Counted from the stretch's first letter, positions 7,840 through 15,811 are shown. The stretch is DNA of 20,000 bases from an uncultured virus (IMG/VR IMGVR_UViG_3300028602_000003) (IMGVR_UViG_3300028602_000003), one strand, 5' to 3'. Notes: a model not told the origin generated them from the letters alone. Made by a program: numbers and translations.

Positions 7840-8821
7840 CACTTGTTTACTGTGAGCGTTACCTCACAGCCTTAGACACCATGATTAACATGGAAACCAT
7901 ATTTCACATCAGCAGCTTTCCTGGCTGCGGCTGCTTCATCTAGTGTTTTGTAAGAGCCTAATCCGACTTGTTTACGATTCACCATAATGAAAGCTTGGTA
8001 CTTACCTGACGGTAATTTACGTACTCCTTGTACGCCGGATGTGTTATTGCGACGCAATCGCATATTCATCTGGTTTTCTCGACTACCCACATCTCTCATG
8101 TTGAGCCAACGATTGTTGGACCGGTCATGATCAATGTGGTCAATCTGTACTGGCCACTCTCCTGTCTGCATCATCCATATGACCCTATGGGCAAGGTATT
8201 CCTTTCCCCCAATAGACATACTGCGATACCCCCCACTATGTGAGTAAGTAGCAATATTCCCCTTGGTTCCCTGTAAAGTGTCCAGCTTTCTTGTTATTTC
8301 CCCTGAGTAAGGGCAGTAACTAAAGACTGCTAGTAACTCTGCTTGGGTTATTACGGTCATATTTGTTATGCGGTTTTTGCACTGATAACAGAGATGCCCT
8401 ACGTTGCTTTTGCGGGCATCGTAGATGTTTACTACGTACCGGTTTGGGCAGTAGTGGCATACGCATTTGGCTTTGTGTTTGGAGAGTTTTTGAATAATTT
8501 GATGGTCTTGTAGCATATGGCTTACTCGGTTTGTGCATGATGGTTTAGATCATACCCTAACCTTGTTACTAAGTCTCCGTCTTTCGTCGGAGTGTCGGAC
8601 TATATCTTCACCCTCTGTAAACAGTAGGGGCAAGGCACTTCAGCGGGGACTTCCCTCGCTTACGGACATTATTCACCGTTCTGGTGTCTCGTCCTAGTCT
8701 CTGAACCTTCTATACATTCCTGCATAGCTTGGCTGCTGATTGGCATAGGCGTAAGCCCTTAGCTTTCCAGCAATTCACCTTGTATCGGTACGGATTACTC
8801 CGTAAAGGACCGTTTATATTC
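7840..8821 (-). mobile_element. Group I self-splicing intron in RNAP2, HEG in the P9 region
   Basis: P1 GACU|G-AAUAUAAA-CGGUC with U.G at the splice site. P10 AAAC pairs with 3' exon GUUU. P AAUUGCUGGAAAG (8775-8763), Q AAUCAGCAGC (8741-8732), R UUCAGAGACUA (8705-8695), S AAGAUAUAGUCC (8608-8597). P3 CAAGGUG/UGCCUUG. 3' hairpin CUGUGAG-GUAACG-CUCACAG and terminal G at 7840. Confidence 0.95.
7872..8516 (-). CDS. Intron-encoded HNH-AP2 homing endonuclease with N-terminal Cys cluster
   Basis: CHYC...CYQC at the N-terminus; YLAHRVIW...GEWP.QIDHIDHDRSNNRWLN (HNH); NTSGVQGV.....GKYQAFI.....VGLGSY.T.DEAAAAR..A (AP2). Confidence 0.9.
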   Translation of the reverse strand: MLQDHQIIQKLSKHKAKCVCHYCPNRYVVNIYDARKSNVGHLCYQCKNRITNMTVITQAELLAVFSYCPYSGEITRKLDTLQGTKGNIATYSHSGGYRSMSIGGKEYLAHRVIWMMQTGEWPVQIDHIDHDRSNNRWLNMRDVGSRENQMNMRLRRNNTSGVQGVRKLPSGKYQAFIMVNRKQVGLGSYKTLDEAAAARKAADVKYGFHVNHGV

Positions 8822-9842
8822 AGTCATGCACAGTCAGGATCTGGAAAGGCTTCTCAGGCAGGCTGTCGATAAGCTCCCAGATGTCCTTGTGATCCACCAG
8901 CATGGCGTTATGCACCTGGATATGATCCAAGATGCGTGCAGACAGATAGCCGGTCTTCTTGTAGTGATCCCACAAGGTCTGGACCATACGGCTATCTTTA
9001 TCCTCCTTTGGTTCCTCAATGATGTGGCAGTTGTCCATAGCGTTGATGCAACGAATGATCACAGCAGGATCATAGTCACAGCGACGTACCATCTCACGAA
9101 CGATCATGCCGTCAAAGGTGTGGGTTGAGTTAGCCCCCAATGAACGACCGCCTTCGGTAGGCATATTCACTTCAGTGAATACATCGAAAGGCTCATTAAG
9201 GAAGTGAACAGTCTCTTTGACTTTGCCCATTACCTTCCACTTAGCATGGAAGTTGTCAGGCATCACCAGTGAGTAGCTGTAAGCTTCTGGGTTCCAAATA
9301 GACAGGTATGTCTCATTCAGTTCCCATGCAGCAGGAGCTACTGTCTTCATCACGTCGTAGAACACGTTAAGCAATGTACCTGTGCCAAATACATCCTTAG
9401 GCACAGCAGTGGAGCCATACAGCGCAGTCAGGATGGCATCCTTGGTTCGCTCTCGGGAGATAACACTGCTCTCGCCAAGGGCACGTACCATCATCTCGTA
9501 GATGACTGTGTAGGCATCCTCACGGTCACCTGTATCAACTACGTTGCACAGTTCAGCAGCACTGCGATCACCTGTCAGTACAGCCAAGATCTGGAAACCA
9601 GAGGCAGTAGCATCGAGTGAGATTGGGTAGCCAGAAGCTTCACCACGTTCAGCTGCCTTGAAGGCATTGATACCAGCGAAGTACATAGCTGGTTCTTTGG
9701 CTTCTTTGATGAGATCAAGCAGGTGGTGACTATTGTTGTCGAACCAAGTAAGACGCTCATTCCAGCTCTTCTTGTCTAAGCCATAGCTGTTGGCTATGTC
9801 GATCTTTAGATACTCTTTACCAGTGAAAGTTTGAAAAGCCAT
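8822..9842 (-). CDS. N4-like RNA polymerase II subunit 2 (RNAP2, gp16-like), exon 1
   Basis: T7-type motif A SLDATASGFQIL, motif B RERTKDAILTALYGS, motif C TVHD at the exon end. GGAG RBS. Confidence 0.93.
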
Positions 9843-9888
9843 GCTTATTACTCCTAGTTAATTGGATGCGTCTTTGGCCTGTTGCTAT

Positions 9889-10707
9889 TTACTGAGTAAC
9901 TTCCTGATTAGCGAAGTTGATGGTTGCCTTGTTCCAAGGTGCTCCTTGGTAGTTCACGTGATAGCCTTGAGCATATGAACGACCACGTTTGTCATAGCTA
10001 TGGGTTAAGTGAAATACATCAGTGTGCTCACTGATCACTGCAATCACGTCATGAGCAGTACGGTCATACTTCTCAAAGGCACGCTTACGCTTTTCAAAGT
10101 CTTGCTTTGATTCACCTTCTTTAGGCTTATCGAGATTACGCCATTGGTTCTTAACCATAGCGATAACGTCATGGTTAAAGGACAGCTCAACACTGTTGCA
10201 GTGGTTGATATGGTCCAGACACACATCATCATCATGATGGTTGTCTTTCAGAATGATTGACTTACTACTAGTGAGATAACCATTCTGGGAGTTGTTATTC
10301 ACTTTCTTGGGTCGCACTACCATAGGCAGTGGGTACTGATAACGATCAAGATCTTCTTGAACATCATCACTGATACCGAAGCGATGGATGAATACCTTGA
10401 GTGCTGGATTCCAGTCCACCAAGTCATACTCTGCACATAGCAGGATCATGTCAGTAGTCTGTTGCACATCGTCATACATCTTGTTGAGTACACCTACCAA
10501 AGTAGGCAGGTCACAGCGCTTATGCAGCACCATCTGAGCCAATAGGTTGAATCCAAACTTTGGATCAATGCCTACGTTCTCCATGTGTTCCAGGTAGCCT
10601 TTCTCTGAGATGAACTCAGACTTGATACGACTAAGTGTCTGGTTCTTGTTGTACAGCTTTTCAAGCTGGCGTTGCTGATCAATTAAGGTGTATGCGTCTT
10701 GACTCAT
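9889..10707 (-). CDS. N4-like RNA polymerase II subunit 1 (RNAP1, gp15-like)
   Basis: 272 aa; YQYPLPMVV.P; HSYDKRGRSYAQGYHVNYQG (DxxGR motif of T7-like RNAPs). Directly upstream of RNAP2. Confidence 0.92.
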   Translation of the reverse strand: MSQDAYTLIDQQRQLEKLYNKNQTLSRIKSEFISEKGYLEHMENVGIDPKFGFNLLAQMVLHKRCDLPTLVGVLNKMYDDVQQTTDMILLCAEYDLVDWNPALKVFIHRFGISDDVQEDLDRYQYPLPMVVRPKKVNNNSQNGYLTSSKSIILKDNHHDDDVCLDHINHCNSVELSFNHDVIAMVKNQWRNLDKPKEGESKQDFEKRKRAFEKYDRTAHDVIAVISEHTDVFHLTHSYDKRGRSYAQGYHVNYQGAPWNKATINFANQEVTQ

Positions 10708-10730
10708 AAAGTCTGCTCCTATTGCTTAAT

Positions 10731-11114
10731 TTAGATGGTGCCCCAGTACTGCTTGTCATCACCCAACAAGGCACGCCAGTTCTCATCGAACAGGCAGTTC
10801 TTGGTAGCAGATGCGAACATGGGTGCAATGTCTTCATGCTTGTAGCCAGCAAGGCCACAGCCGATACAGGTGACTTGGAACTTCAGTTTGGGGTGTCCTG
10901 CTGCATAGGCCAGAAAGCCTTGCACATACTGCTCAATGCGAGCCAAGGGGAGTGTACGGATGTCTTCGTCTTTGGTTGGAATAGCAAAGCTGTCACCATA
11001 GTGACCATAGCTTTTACCAAAGCGAGCACCCTTCTTTTCATAGGCAAACTTGGCAGCACCAGCACCATGTATACCAGAGTCGTTACTACCGAATACAAAT
11101 ACTCGATTAGCCAT
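10731..11114 (-). CDS. Macrodomain-like phage protein (FVFGSN..G.HG.GAA family, N4 gp14 position)
   Basis: RVFVFGSNDSGIHGAGAAKFA...GDSFAIPTK...FQVTCIGCGLAGY; the Gly-rich loops resemble the two ligand-binding loops of macrodomains. Confidence 0.75.
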   Translation of the reverse strand: MANRVFVFGSNDSGIHGAGAAKFAYEKKGARFGKSYGHYGDSFAIPTKDEDIRTLPLARIEQYVQGFLAYAAGHPKLKFQVTCIGCGLAGYKHEDIAPMFASATKNCLFDENWRALLGDDKQYWGTI

Positions 11115-11400
11115 TTAAGTTACCTAATAATAGGAGAGTACTATTTACAGTTGCTAGTAACTCTTTGTGATATTTCAGGGTTGGTGGGACACAGTGTTTA
11201 CTTGTCCAATAGACAGCTAAGTCTCTTCTATGAAGATACCTAACTAAGGCTGCATGTGAACCACCTTCCCATTCTTTCAGTAACGCAGAGGCATAGGTAA
11301 TCACTCCACTGAGTTCATACCAGCAAGAACTTCTTGGGTCACTTGGGTTTAAGTGCCACTTTACGGTGTACATGGCCATATTGAATTTTGCTCTTTTCAA
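11107..11400 (-). CDS. Hypothetical protein (start uncertain)
   Basis: 97-aa ORF filling the gap on the same strand; overlaps the downstream start. Confidence 0.45.
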   Translation of the reverse strand: MKRAKFNMAMYTVKWHLNPSDPRSSCWYELSGVITYASALLKEWEGGSHAALVRYLHRRDLAVYWTSKHCVPPTLKYHKELLATVNSTLLLLGNLNG

Positions 11401-11462
11401 GAGGACTGCAACGCATACACGAACAATTTCGTGTCTCTTGTTTAGTGGTACGGCAAATTACT

Positions 11463-11693
11463 TTAGTCATTTTCATTCTCTGTGATAGATACCTCGATAG
11501 TGAGGTTGAGTTTGTCAGCCATCTTCATATACATGCGGATGGATAAGCGTTCGTAGTAGCCATTAAGAACATTGGCTACTGTTGTGGTTGATACCTTCAG
11601 TGAGTGACTAAGCTCTTTATTAGTCTTGCACTCACGTATCAATTTGAAGGCAATAGCCTTCCCCAAATAGATCTTTGCTTCTTGGTTATTCAT
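11463..11693 (-). CDS. XRE/Cro-like helix-turn-helix protein
   Basis: TNKELSHSLKVSTTTVANVLNG....LSI..Y.KMA.KLNL. ATG 11693 has a GAGG RBS. Confidence 0.7.
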   Translation of the reverse strand: MNNQEAKIYLGKAIAFKLIRECKTNKELSHSLKVSTTTVANVLNGYYERLSIRMYMKMADKLNLTIEVSITENEND

Positions 11694-11716
11694 AGGAATC
11701 CTCAAAACAAAACAAA

Positions 11717-11735
11717 CCAAAAGACACGAAGTGGC
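11717..11735 (-). promoter_or_regulatory. Putative virion-RNAP hairpin promoter (degenerate copy)
   Basis: Template (+) strand CC-AAAA-GACAC-GAA-GTGGC: same CAC-GAA-GTG core and spacing as the two perfect copies, with one stem mismatch. Upstream of the HTH gene. Confidence 0.6.
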
Positions 11736-11740
11736 TTTAC

Positions 11741-12010
11741 TTATTTGTAAGTAAGCTTCTCTACTTGGATGCGTAATTGTGTCATTGCTTGTTTACAGGT
11801 AACGCCTTCTGGTACTAACACAAGAGCTTCGTCCTCAGGTATGCCATTCCAGTCTGCGTAGATAACCTTACTGCCTGTACTCAATTCCTCCATAGAGATC
11901 TTGATGTTGTTGTTATTGAAGAAGGCAGCATCTTCATCAGTGATGTCAATTACATCAATGATAGTTTGCGTACCATGTGGGGGTGTAAATACAGTTGCTT
12001 TAATCGGCAT
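11741..12010 (-). CDS. Hypothetical protein
   Basis: 89-aa ORF, AAGGA RBS, overlaps the upstream gene. Confidence 0.7.
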   Translation of the reverse strand: MPIKATVFTPPHGTQTIIDVIDITDEDAAFFNNNNIKISMEELSTGSKVIYADWNGIPEDEALVLVPEGVTCKQAMTQLRIQVEKLTYK

Positions 12011-12287
12011 GATTTAATTCCTTTGGTTCAAGTAAGTGGATAGTTATTACTTCCATGTCCCCAGCTTTACGATGAGGTTGTTTCAATATCTCGAAACCAT
12101 CTTCCCAATTGAAAAGATGTCTTCCAGCTAACCACTGAGTTAATGCAGCTTTAGCATTACGCTCAGTGGCATATAGCTTAGGGATTAGTGATTGCTTCCT
12201 TGGTTCCCAGTTACTCATGTAACGCATATCACCAATAAGGAAACCAGTTGGTATATGTTTGATTGCATATGTAGTAAGCATTACCAA
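12000..12287 (-). CDS. Hypothetical protein
   Basis: About 95 aa, YAIKHIPTG...PKLY.TE..AK.AL..W pattern seen in small phage early proteins. Confidence 0.65.
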   Translation of the reverse strand: MVMLTTYAIKHIPTGFLIGDMRYMSNWEPRKQSLIPKLYATERNAKAALTQWLAGRHLFNWEDGFEILKQPHRKAGDMEVITIHLLEPKELNHAD

Positions 12288-12400
12288 TCTCCACGGAAGT
12301 ATTTACCACATACATGGCACTTCCAGTAATAGGGTTTTAAACGATGGAAGGGTTCTGTACCGCAATCAGGGCATTTAAGGATATGGAGTGTTTTCACCAT
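12281..12400 (-). CDS. Small zinc-ribbon protein
   Basis: CPDC...CHVC; ATG 12400 with a GGGG RBS-like element. Fills the gap between neighbours. Confidence 0.5.
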   Translation of the reverse strand: MVKTLHILKCPDCGTEPFHRLKPYYWKCHVCGKYFRGDW

Positions 12401-12647
12401 AGTCCCCTGTATGAACACAGCTAAGCCCACGGTACGATTGATAGCAGCTGACACCTTTCTCAAGGTCATCAATACGACGTATTTCGTTAGAACCATCAGC
12501 AGTGCCTACGTAGACAGATTCATCTATTGGTTCAGCTGCTGTTGTCTTTTGTTGTTTCAACTCTAAGCCGAATAGCATTAGTGAAACACCAAGTAGTATT
12601 GTTAATGGTCCTACGTATAACCACTTGTTCATTGGTTGATAATCCAT
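12375..12647 (-). CDS. Small membrane-anchored protein
   Basis: N-terminal hydrophobic helix; C-terminal D.EKGVSCY.....LSCV. Confidence 0.65.
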   Translation of the reverse strand: MDYQPMNKWLYVGPLTILLGVSLMLFGLELKQQKTTAAEPIDESVYVGTADGSNEIRRIDDLEKGVSCYQSYRGLSCVHTGDYGENTPYP

Positions 12648-13189
12648 TCATTGGCAATCACGCAGAGTGCATGAGCCTGGTTGATAGGTGTGCTTGCAAA
12701 GCAATCACTGAGGGTGTTTTTGTGTTGTTCGGCTAGCTCTACAAGCTCAAAGAGCAGTTCACTGTTGTGGATTGCCCACACACGCCATAGGTTGAGGTAC
12801 AGCAGCCAGAGCTGACCATCTGGGTAAGGGAAGAGTGGTGGCTTGCCTTTGCCAAGCTTCCAGTCACGACCACCAACGTCATAGCCTTTGATGTCGCACT
12901 GATACCACATCTCAATGGTTCGCCCATCAGGCATCAATGCATTGAGTGCGCTGAAGCGAGGATCACCTTTGGTGGAACACTCGTAACCATCTCGCCTAGC
13001 CCATTTCAGATGCTTCTCATTGAACGGGACTGTGCTTGAGTACAGCTCTACTATGTCAGCTACCTCACGTACAAAGATTTCAGTGACAGGTTCACTGCCA
13101 TGCTCACGTTGGAACATGGCTACTTGGTATTCACCTTTGCCTTGTGCAATGTGTTGTCCAAGTAACTTAGCTAGCTTGATCAGGTTCAT
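12629..13189 (-). CDS. Phage protein with a NADAR-like C-terminal domain (putative)
   Basis: 186 aa; YECSTKGDPRFSAL...TIEMWYQCDIKG...N.ELL.EL......L.D......NQA.AL parallels the NADAR/YbiA pattern (E..YQ..K; L...L....L.E; N.LG..L). Confidence 0.6.
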   Translation of the reverse strand: MNLIKLAKLLGQHIAQGKGEYQVAMFQREHGSEPVTEIFVREVADIVELYSSTVPFNEKHLKWARRDGYECSTKGDPRFSALNALMPDGRTIEMWYQCDIKGYDVGGRDWKLGKGKPPLFPYPDGQLWLLYLNLWRVWAIHNSELLFELVELAEQHKNTLSDCFASTPINQAHALCVIANEWIINQ

Positions 13190-13378
13190 TCAGTTTCTCC
13201 TTACTAATTGGTAATGGTTGGATTGCTTAGCCAGTCTGCTACCTGCGCTAAACCAGTAGAAACAAGGTGTCTCGTACAAAGCATGCAGTAATACAACCCT
13301 ACCTATTGCAGTGGTTTGGGTTAGATGAATGCCTTGAGTACCTTGTTCTCGAATATGTCTCTGAGGTTTGCTACTCAT
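13190..13378 (-). CDS. Hypothetical protein
   Basis: 62-aa ORF that fills the gap exactly on the same strand. Confidence 0.5.
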   Translation of the reverse strand: MSSKPQRHIREQGTQGIHLTQTTAIGRVVLLHALYETPCFYWFSAGSRLAKQSNHYQLVRRN

Positions 13379-13389
13379 CTAAGATATCT

Positions 13390-13746
13390 CTAATAATTAA
13401 CAAGGAAGTATGGCTTGGCCAACATATCCAAATAGCTAATCATGTGTTTGGTTCCACGAGATTTACCATCCCAGAAGATCAAGGCTAGGCAGCATGCCTT
13501 ACCCATCTCTTCATTTCTGACGAAACCAGCACGCTTACCTAGACCATTCCAGTCAGGTATGAACTTGTGGGTAGGCAAACCAAGCTGACTGAATATGCTG
13601 TATCCCAGCATGTCTGCGCCTTTGGCCATGCCACAGATAAGCTCAACAGAGTCATCAATAATGCCTTTCTCTTGTAGCTCTTGAAGGGCTTGCACCATCA
13701 GTGCGTGATCATTGAAGTCACGCCCTCCTGCTATGAGTAGGTTCAT
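13390..13746 (-). CDS. SLOG-superfamily protein (DUF2493/YspA-like)
   Basis: LLIAGGRDFND...ICGMAKGAD.LG.......PDW...GKRAGFVRNEEM......IFWDGKSRGTKHMI. Confidence 0.85.
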   Translation of the reverse strand: MNLLIAGGRDFNDHALMVQALQELQEKGIIDDSVELICGMAKGADMLGYSIFSQLGLPTHKFIPDWNGLGKRAGFVRNEEMGKACCLALIFWDGKSRGTKHMISYLDMLAKPYFLVNY

Positions 13747-13925
13747 TTCTGTTTACTCAAGTAATCAGTGAGTTGTCTGTGAAGCCTTTCCACATCTTCT
13801 TTAGAGAGGATGGTGGAAATCTTCCTTTCAGCGGCATCTACCATCACAAATGATAAGTCATCGCTTACACCTTGATAGACAGTTAGCTCGTCTGTTGGGC
13901 ATGTAGTGCAGGTATACTTTTCCAT
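13743..13925 (-). CDS. Hypothetical protein
   Basis: 60 aa, GAGG RBS, stop overlaps the SLOG start (ATGA). Confidence 0.65.
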   Translation of the reverse strand: MEKYTCTTCPTDELTVYQGVSDDLSFVMVDAAERKISTILSKEDVERLHRQLTDYLSKQK

Positions 13926-14001
13926 CTAACTTACCTCTAATTTAGCTGGTTAGTGTTTAGGCTGTCATAGCCAAAAATGGCTATTTTTTAACTTTTAGGT
14001 T

Positions 14002-14205
14002 TTAGATAGTTGAACTAGGAGAAGTGACTACTACAACTGATTTACCGTCGATAAATACTTCGATACCGCAGCTGTTTACATCAGCGTATTGCTGGGCAAT
14101 CCATTCGATTAAGCCATCACCCTCAGGTAGATCTTTGATCAACTCTTTCGTTGATCCATCGTTGAAGTGGAATACGAATTTAACTTTCTTGAGCTGTACG
14201 ATCAT
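14002..14205 (-). CDS. Hypothetical protein
   Basis: 67-aa ORF on the same strand, following a terminator. Confidence 0.55.
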   Translation of the reverse strand: MIVQLKKVKFVFHFNDGSTKELIKDLPEGDGLIEWIAQQYADVNSCGIEVFIDGKSVVVVTSPSSTI

Positions 14206-14222
14206 GTCTATCTATCCCAAAT

Positions 14223-14261
14223 AAAAACCAACGGGAGCCTCTAGTGAGACTCCCATTGGTT
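14223..14261 (-). terminator. Rho-independent terminator
   Basis: Minus strand AACCAAUGGGAGUCU-CACUAG-AGGCUCCCGUUGGUU-UUU, right after the gp2-like stop. Confidence 0.8.
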
Positions 14262-14266
14262 CGTTG

Positions 14267-14665
14267 TTACAGCGCCAGTACGCGAGCGAAGGCGTTGTTT
14301 TCGGTAGTAGCTTCAGCCACGTCCTCGTTGACACGACGCAGTTGGATTTCCAACTTGAGGATGCGGTCTTCGCCTGGCTTCAGGGTTTCAGCAACAGCCA
14401 TGATCTGCGCGTGCAGGTCATTCCGTGCTGCCTGGAACTGAGCGAACTGAGCATTGCTGCTCTTGGTGGACAGCTCGGTTTGAGTGTCCAACGGGATGCC
14501 CATAGGCAGGCTGACGAAGCGATGCTCTTGGCCTGCTTCGGTCTGGACATCGACGCCATAACCAATGTTCAGCCAGTACTCTGCTTTTGGCAGAGCTTCT
14601 TTGGCAGCAACAGGCTTAGCGCCGAAAGTTTTGGTGAAATCAACAGCGTTGTTGGTGGTAGCCAT
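14267..14665 (-). CDS. drc: N4 gp2-like ssDNA-binding RNAP II cofactor (Drc-like)
   Basis: LPKAEYWLNIGY...FVSLPMGIPLD...ARNDL..QIM..AETLKPGE...LEIQLRRV. Early position behind a hairpin promoter. Confidence 0.8.
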   Translation of the reverse strand: MATTNNAVDFTKTFGAKPVAAKEALPKAEYWLNIGYGVDVQTEAGQEHRFVSLPMGIPLDTQTELSTKSSNAQFAQFQAARNDLHAQIMAVAETLKPGEDRILKLEIQLRRVNEDVAEATTENNAFARVLAL

Positions 14666-14699
14666 GAGGTATTACTCCAGAGTGATAACAAGGCAGAAT

Positions 14700-14721
14700 T
14701 GCCACAAGGCACGAAGTGCCT
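14700..14721 (-). promoter_or_regulatory. Virion-RNAP hairpin early promoter
   Basis: Template (+) strand TGCC-ACAA-GGCAC-GAA-GTGCC: 5-6 bp stem, GAA triloop, 4-nt A-rich spacer to CC, which is the N4 vRNAP promoter architecture. Confidence 0.8.
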
Positions 14722-14726
14722 AGATG

Positions 14727-14888
14727 TCAGGACCAATAATGATCCTGAACAGACCAGCGATAAGAGACGGCAACCCAAAGGATGCCAACTAAGCACATGA
14801 CAGGGTGTAGTCCATGAAAGTCTGTTTCATAGGACCAACCCGTATACATGAACATTACGATGCAGAGTGCAGCAATGATTGCTCTCAT
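14727..14888 (-). CDS. Small membrane protein (53 aa)
   Basis: MRAIIAALCIVMFMYTGWSY...; ATG 14888 with AAGGA RBS; two hydrophobic segments. Confidence 0.5.
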   Translation of the reverse strand: MRAIIAALCIVMFMYTGWSYETDFHGLHPVMCLVGILWVAVSYRWSVQDHYWS

Positions 14889-14892
14889 TGGT

Positions 14893-15027
14893 TCAGTCCT
14901 TTGCCTTGGAGGCGTAAGTGAATGACCAAAGACCGTCTTGTTTGAAACAACGGTCAGGGATGCCATGACCTTGCGATATAGCAAGGCGCAGTGTGTCCAT
15001 GAAGGTAAAGCCAACGATAGTGATCAT
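14893..15027 (-). CDS. Small hypothetical early protein (44 aa)
   Basis: Manual translation MITIVGFTFMDTLRLAISQGHGIPDRCFKQDGLWSFTYASKAKD*; AAGG RBS; packs tightly between neighbours. Confidence 0.45.
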   Translation of the reverse strand: MITIVGFTFMDTLRLAISQGHGIPDRCFKQDGLWSFTYASKAKD

Positions 15028-15031
15028 GATT

Positions 15032-15214
15032 TTAACCTTGTGAAGGATTGAGCATTTGCTCAATACGGTTGTTAAGAAGAGTCAGCTCTTCCAGTTGTTT
15101 TTGAGTACAAGTGCTCTGTTGTGCCATAGAGCAGAGACGTTGTACTTGGTGAATAAGTTGAATGTGACGTTTAACTTGATGGCCCAGTTGAGCCATAGGG
15201 GAATTGTGGTACAT
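15032..15214 (-). CDS. Small hypothetical early protein (60 aa)
   Basis: MYHNSPMAQLG...; ATG 15214 with AAGGTG RBS. Confidence 0.55.
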   Translation of the reverse strand: MYHNSPMAQLGHQVKRHIQLIHQVQRLCSMAQQSTCTQKQLEELTLLNNRIEQMLNPSQG

Positions 15215-15440
15215 GGGTTGATCACCTTTTCGGATGTGTTTAGGGGAACACATAGAATGACTTACCCTAAGGTAAGTCTAAAAGTTTAGGATATGGTAGT
15301 TAAATCAATTAGTTAGGTGCTGGATAAGTACATCAAACTAAGTTAAAAAGCACTGAAACAGGACCTAATCTATCCTCACGTACATGAGGAATAATCCTAG
15401 TGCCTATCTTCGATGTCCTGCGGACTATCTTAAATTAAGG

Positions 15441-15462
15441 GTTGGGAGCGTTAGCTCCCAAC
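15441..15462 (-). terminator. Hairpin after the gp1-like gene (probable terminator or processing site)
   Basis: Perfect 9-bp stem GTTGGGAGC-GTTA-GCTCCCAAC, 4 nt past the stop; weak U-tract. Confidence 0.5.
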
Positions 15463-15466
15463 GGTG

Positions 15467-15784
15467 TTACTTGGTACGCAGGATGCCTGCATACTTGGTG
15501 TAAGCAGACTCATAGGCGTCTGCATGTGCCTTGGATAGCGAGATGAACTCTTGGACAGCGATGGTGCTGTCAGTTTCTTCTTTGGCCTTGCGACGGATGA
15601 GATCTTCGATGAAGGTCTCTTTGTCTGCGAGGATGTTGAGTTGTTGCTCTTGGGCTGCGTTCTGTACGAACGCTGATGCCATAGAGACTGCATGAGTAAC
15701 CACGTCGAGGGACTTGGTTACTGTGTTAGCAGTAGTGGATACGGTGCTGAGTAGTGCGCCGAATGTTGCACGGGATGTGGACAT
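15467..15784 (-). CDS. N4 gp1-like first early protein
   Basis: 105-aa helical protein (RATFGALLSTVSTTANTVT..LDV....V.M...FV); first gene behind the first hairpin promoter. Confidence 0.7.
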   Translation of the reverse strand: MSTSRATFGALLSTVSTTANTVTKSLDVVTHAVSMASAFVQNAAQEQQLNILADKETFIEDLIRRKAKEETDSTIAVQEFISLSKAHADAYESAYTKYAGILRTK

Positions 15785-15811
15785 GGTGAACCCCTATAGG
15801 TGATGGCGAAG

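Noticed and set aside
8820..9842. RNAP2 as a truncated pseudogene
   Set aside because: The missing C-terminus is present at 7652..7839 and is joined in frame by a well-formed group I intron.
13967..13989. ATAGCCA-AAAA-TGGCTAT-TTTTT hairpin
   Set aside because: Weak AT-rich stem whose T-tract is on the non-coding strand; lacks the CAC-GAA-GTG promoter core; function not supportable.
196..15289. Plus-strand ORFs in the ORF track across the early/middle region (e.g. 2802..3251, 4482..4988, 10722..11243, 14264..14800)
   Set aside because: They are antisense shadows of well-supported minus-strand genes, with no recognisable motifs.
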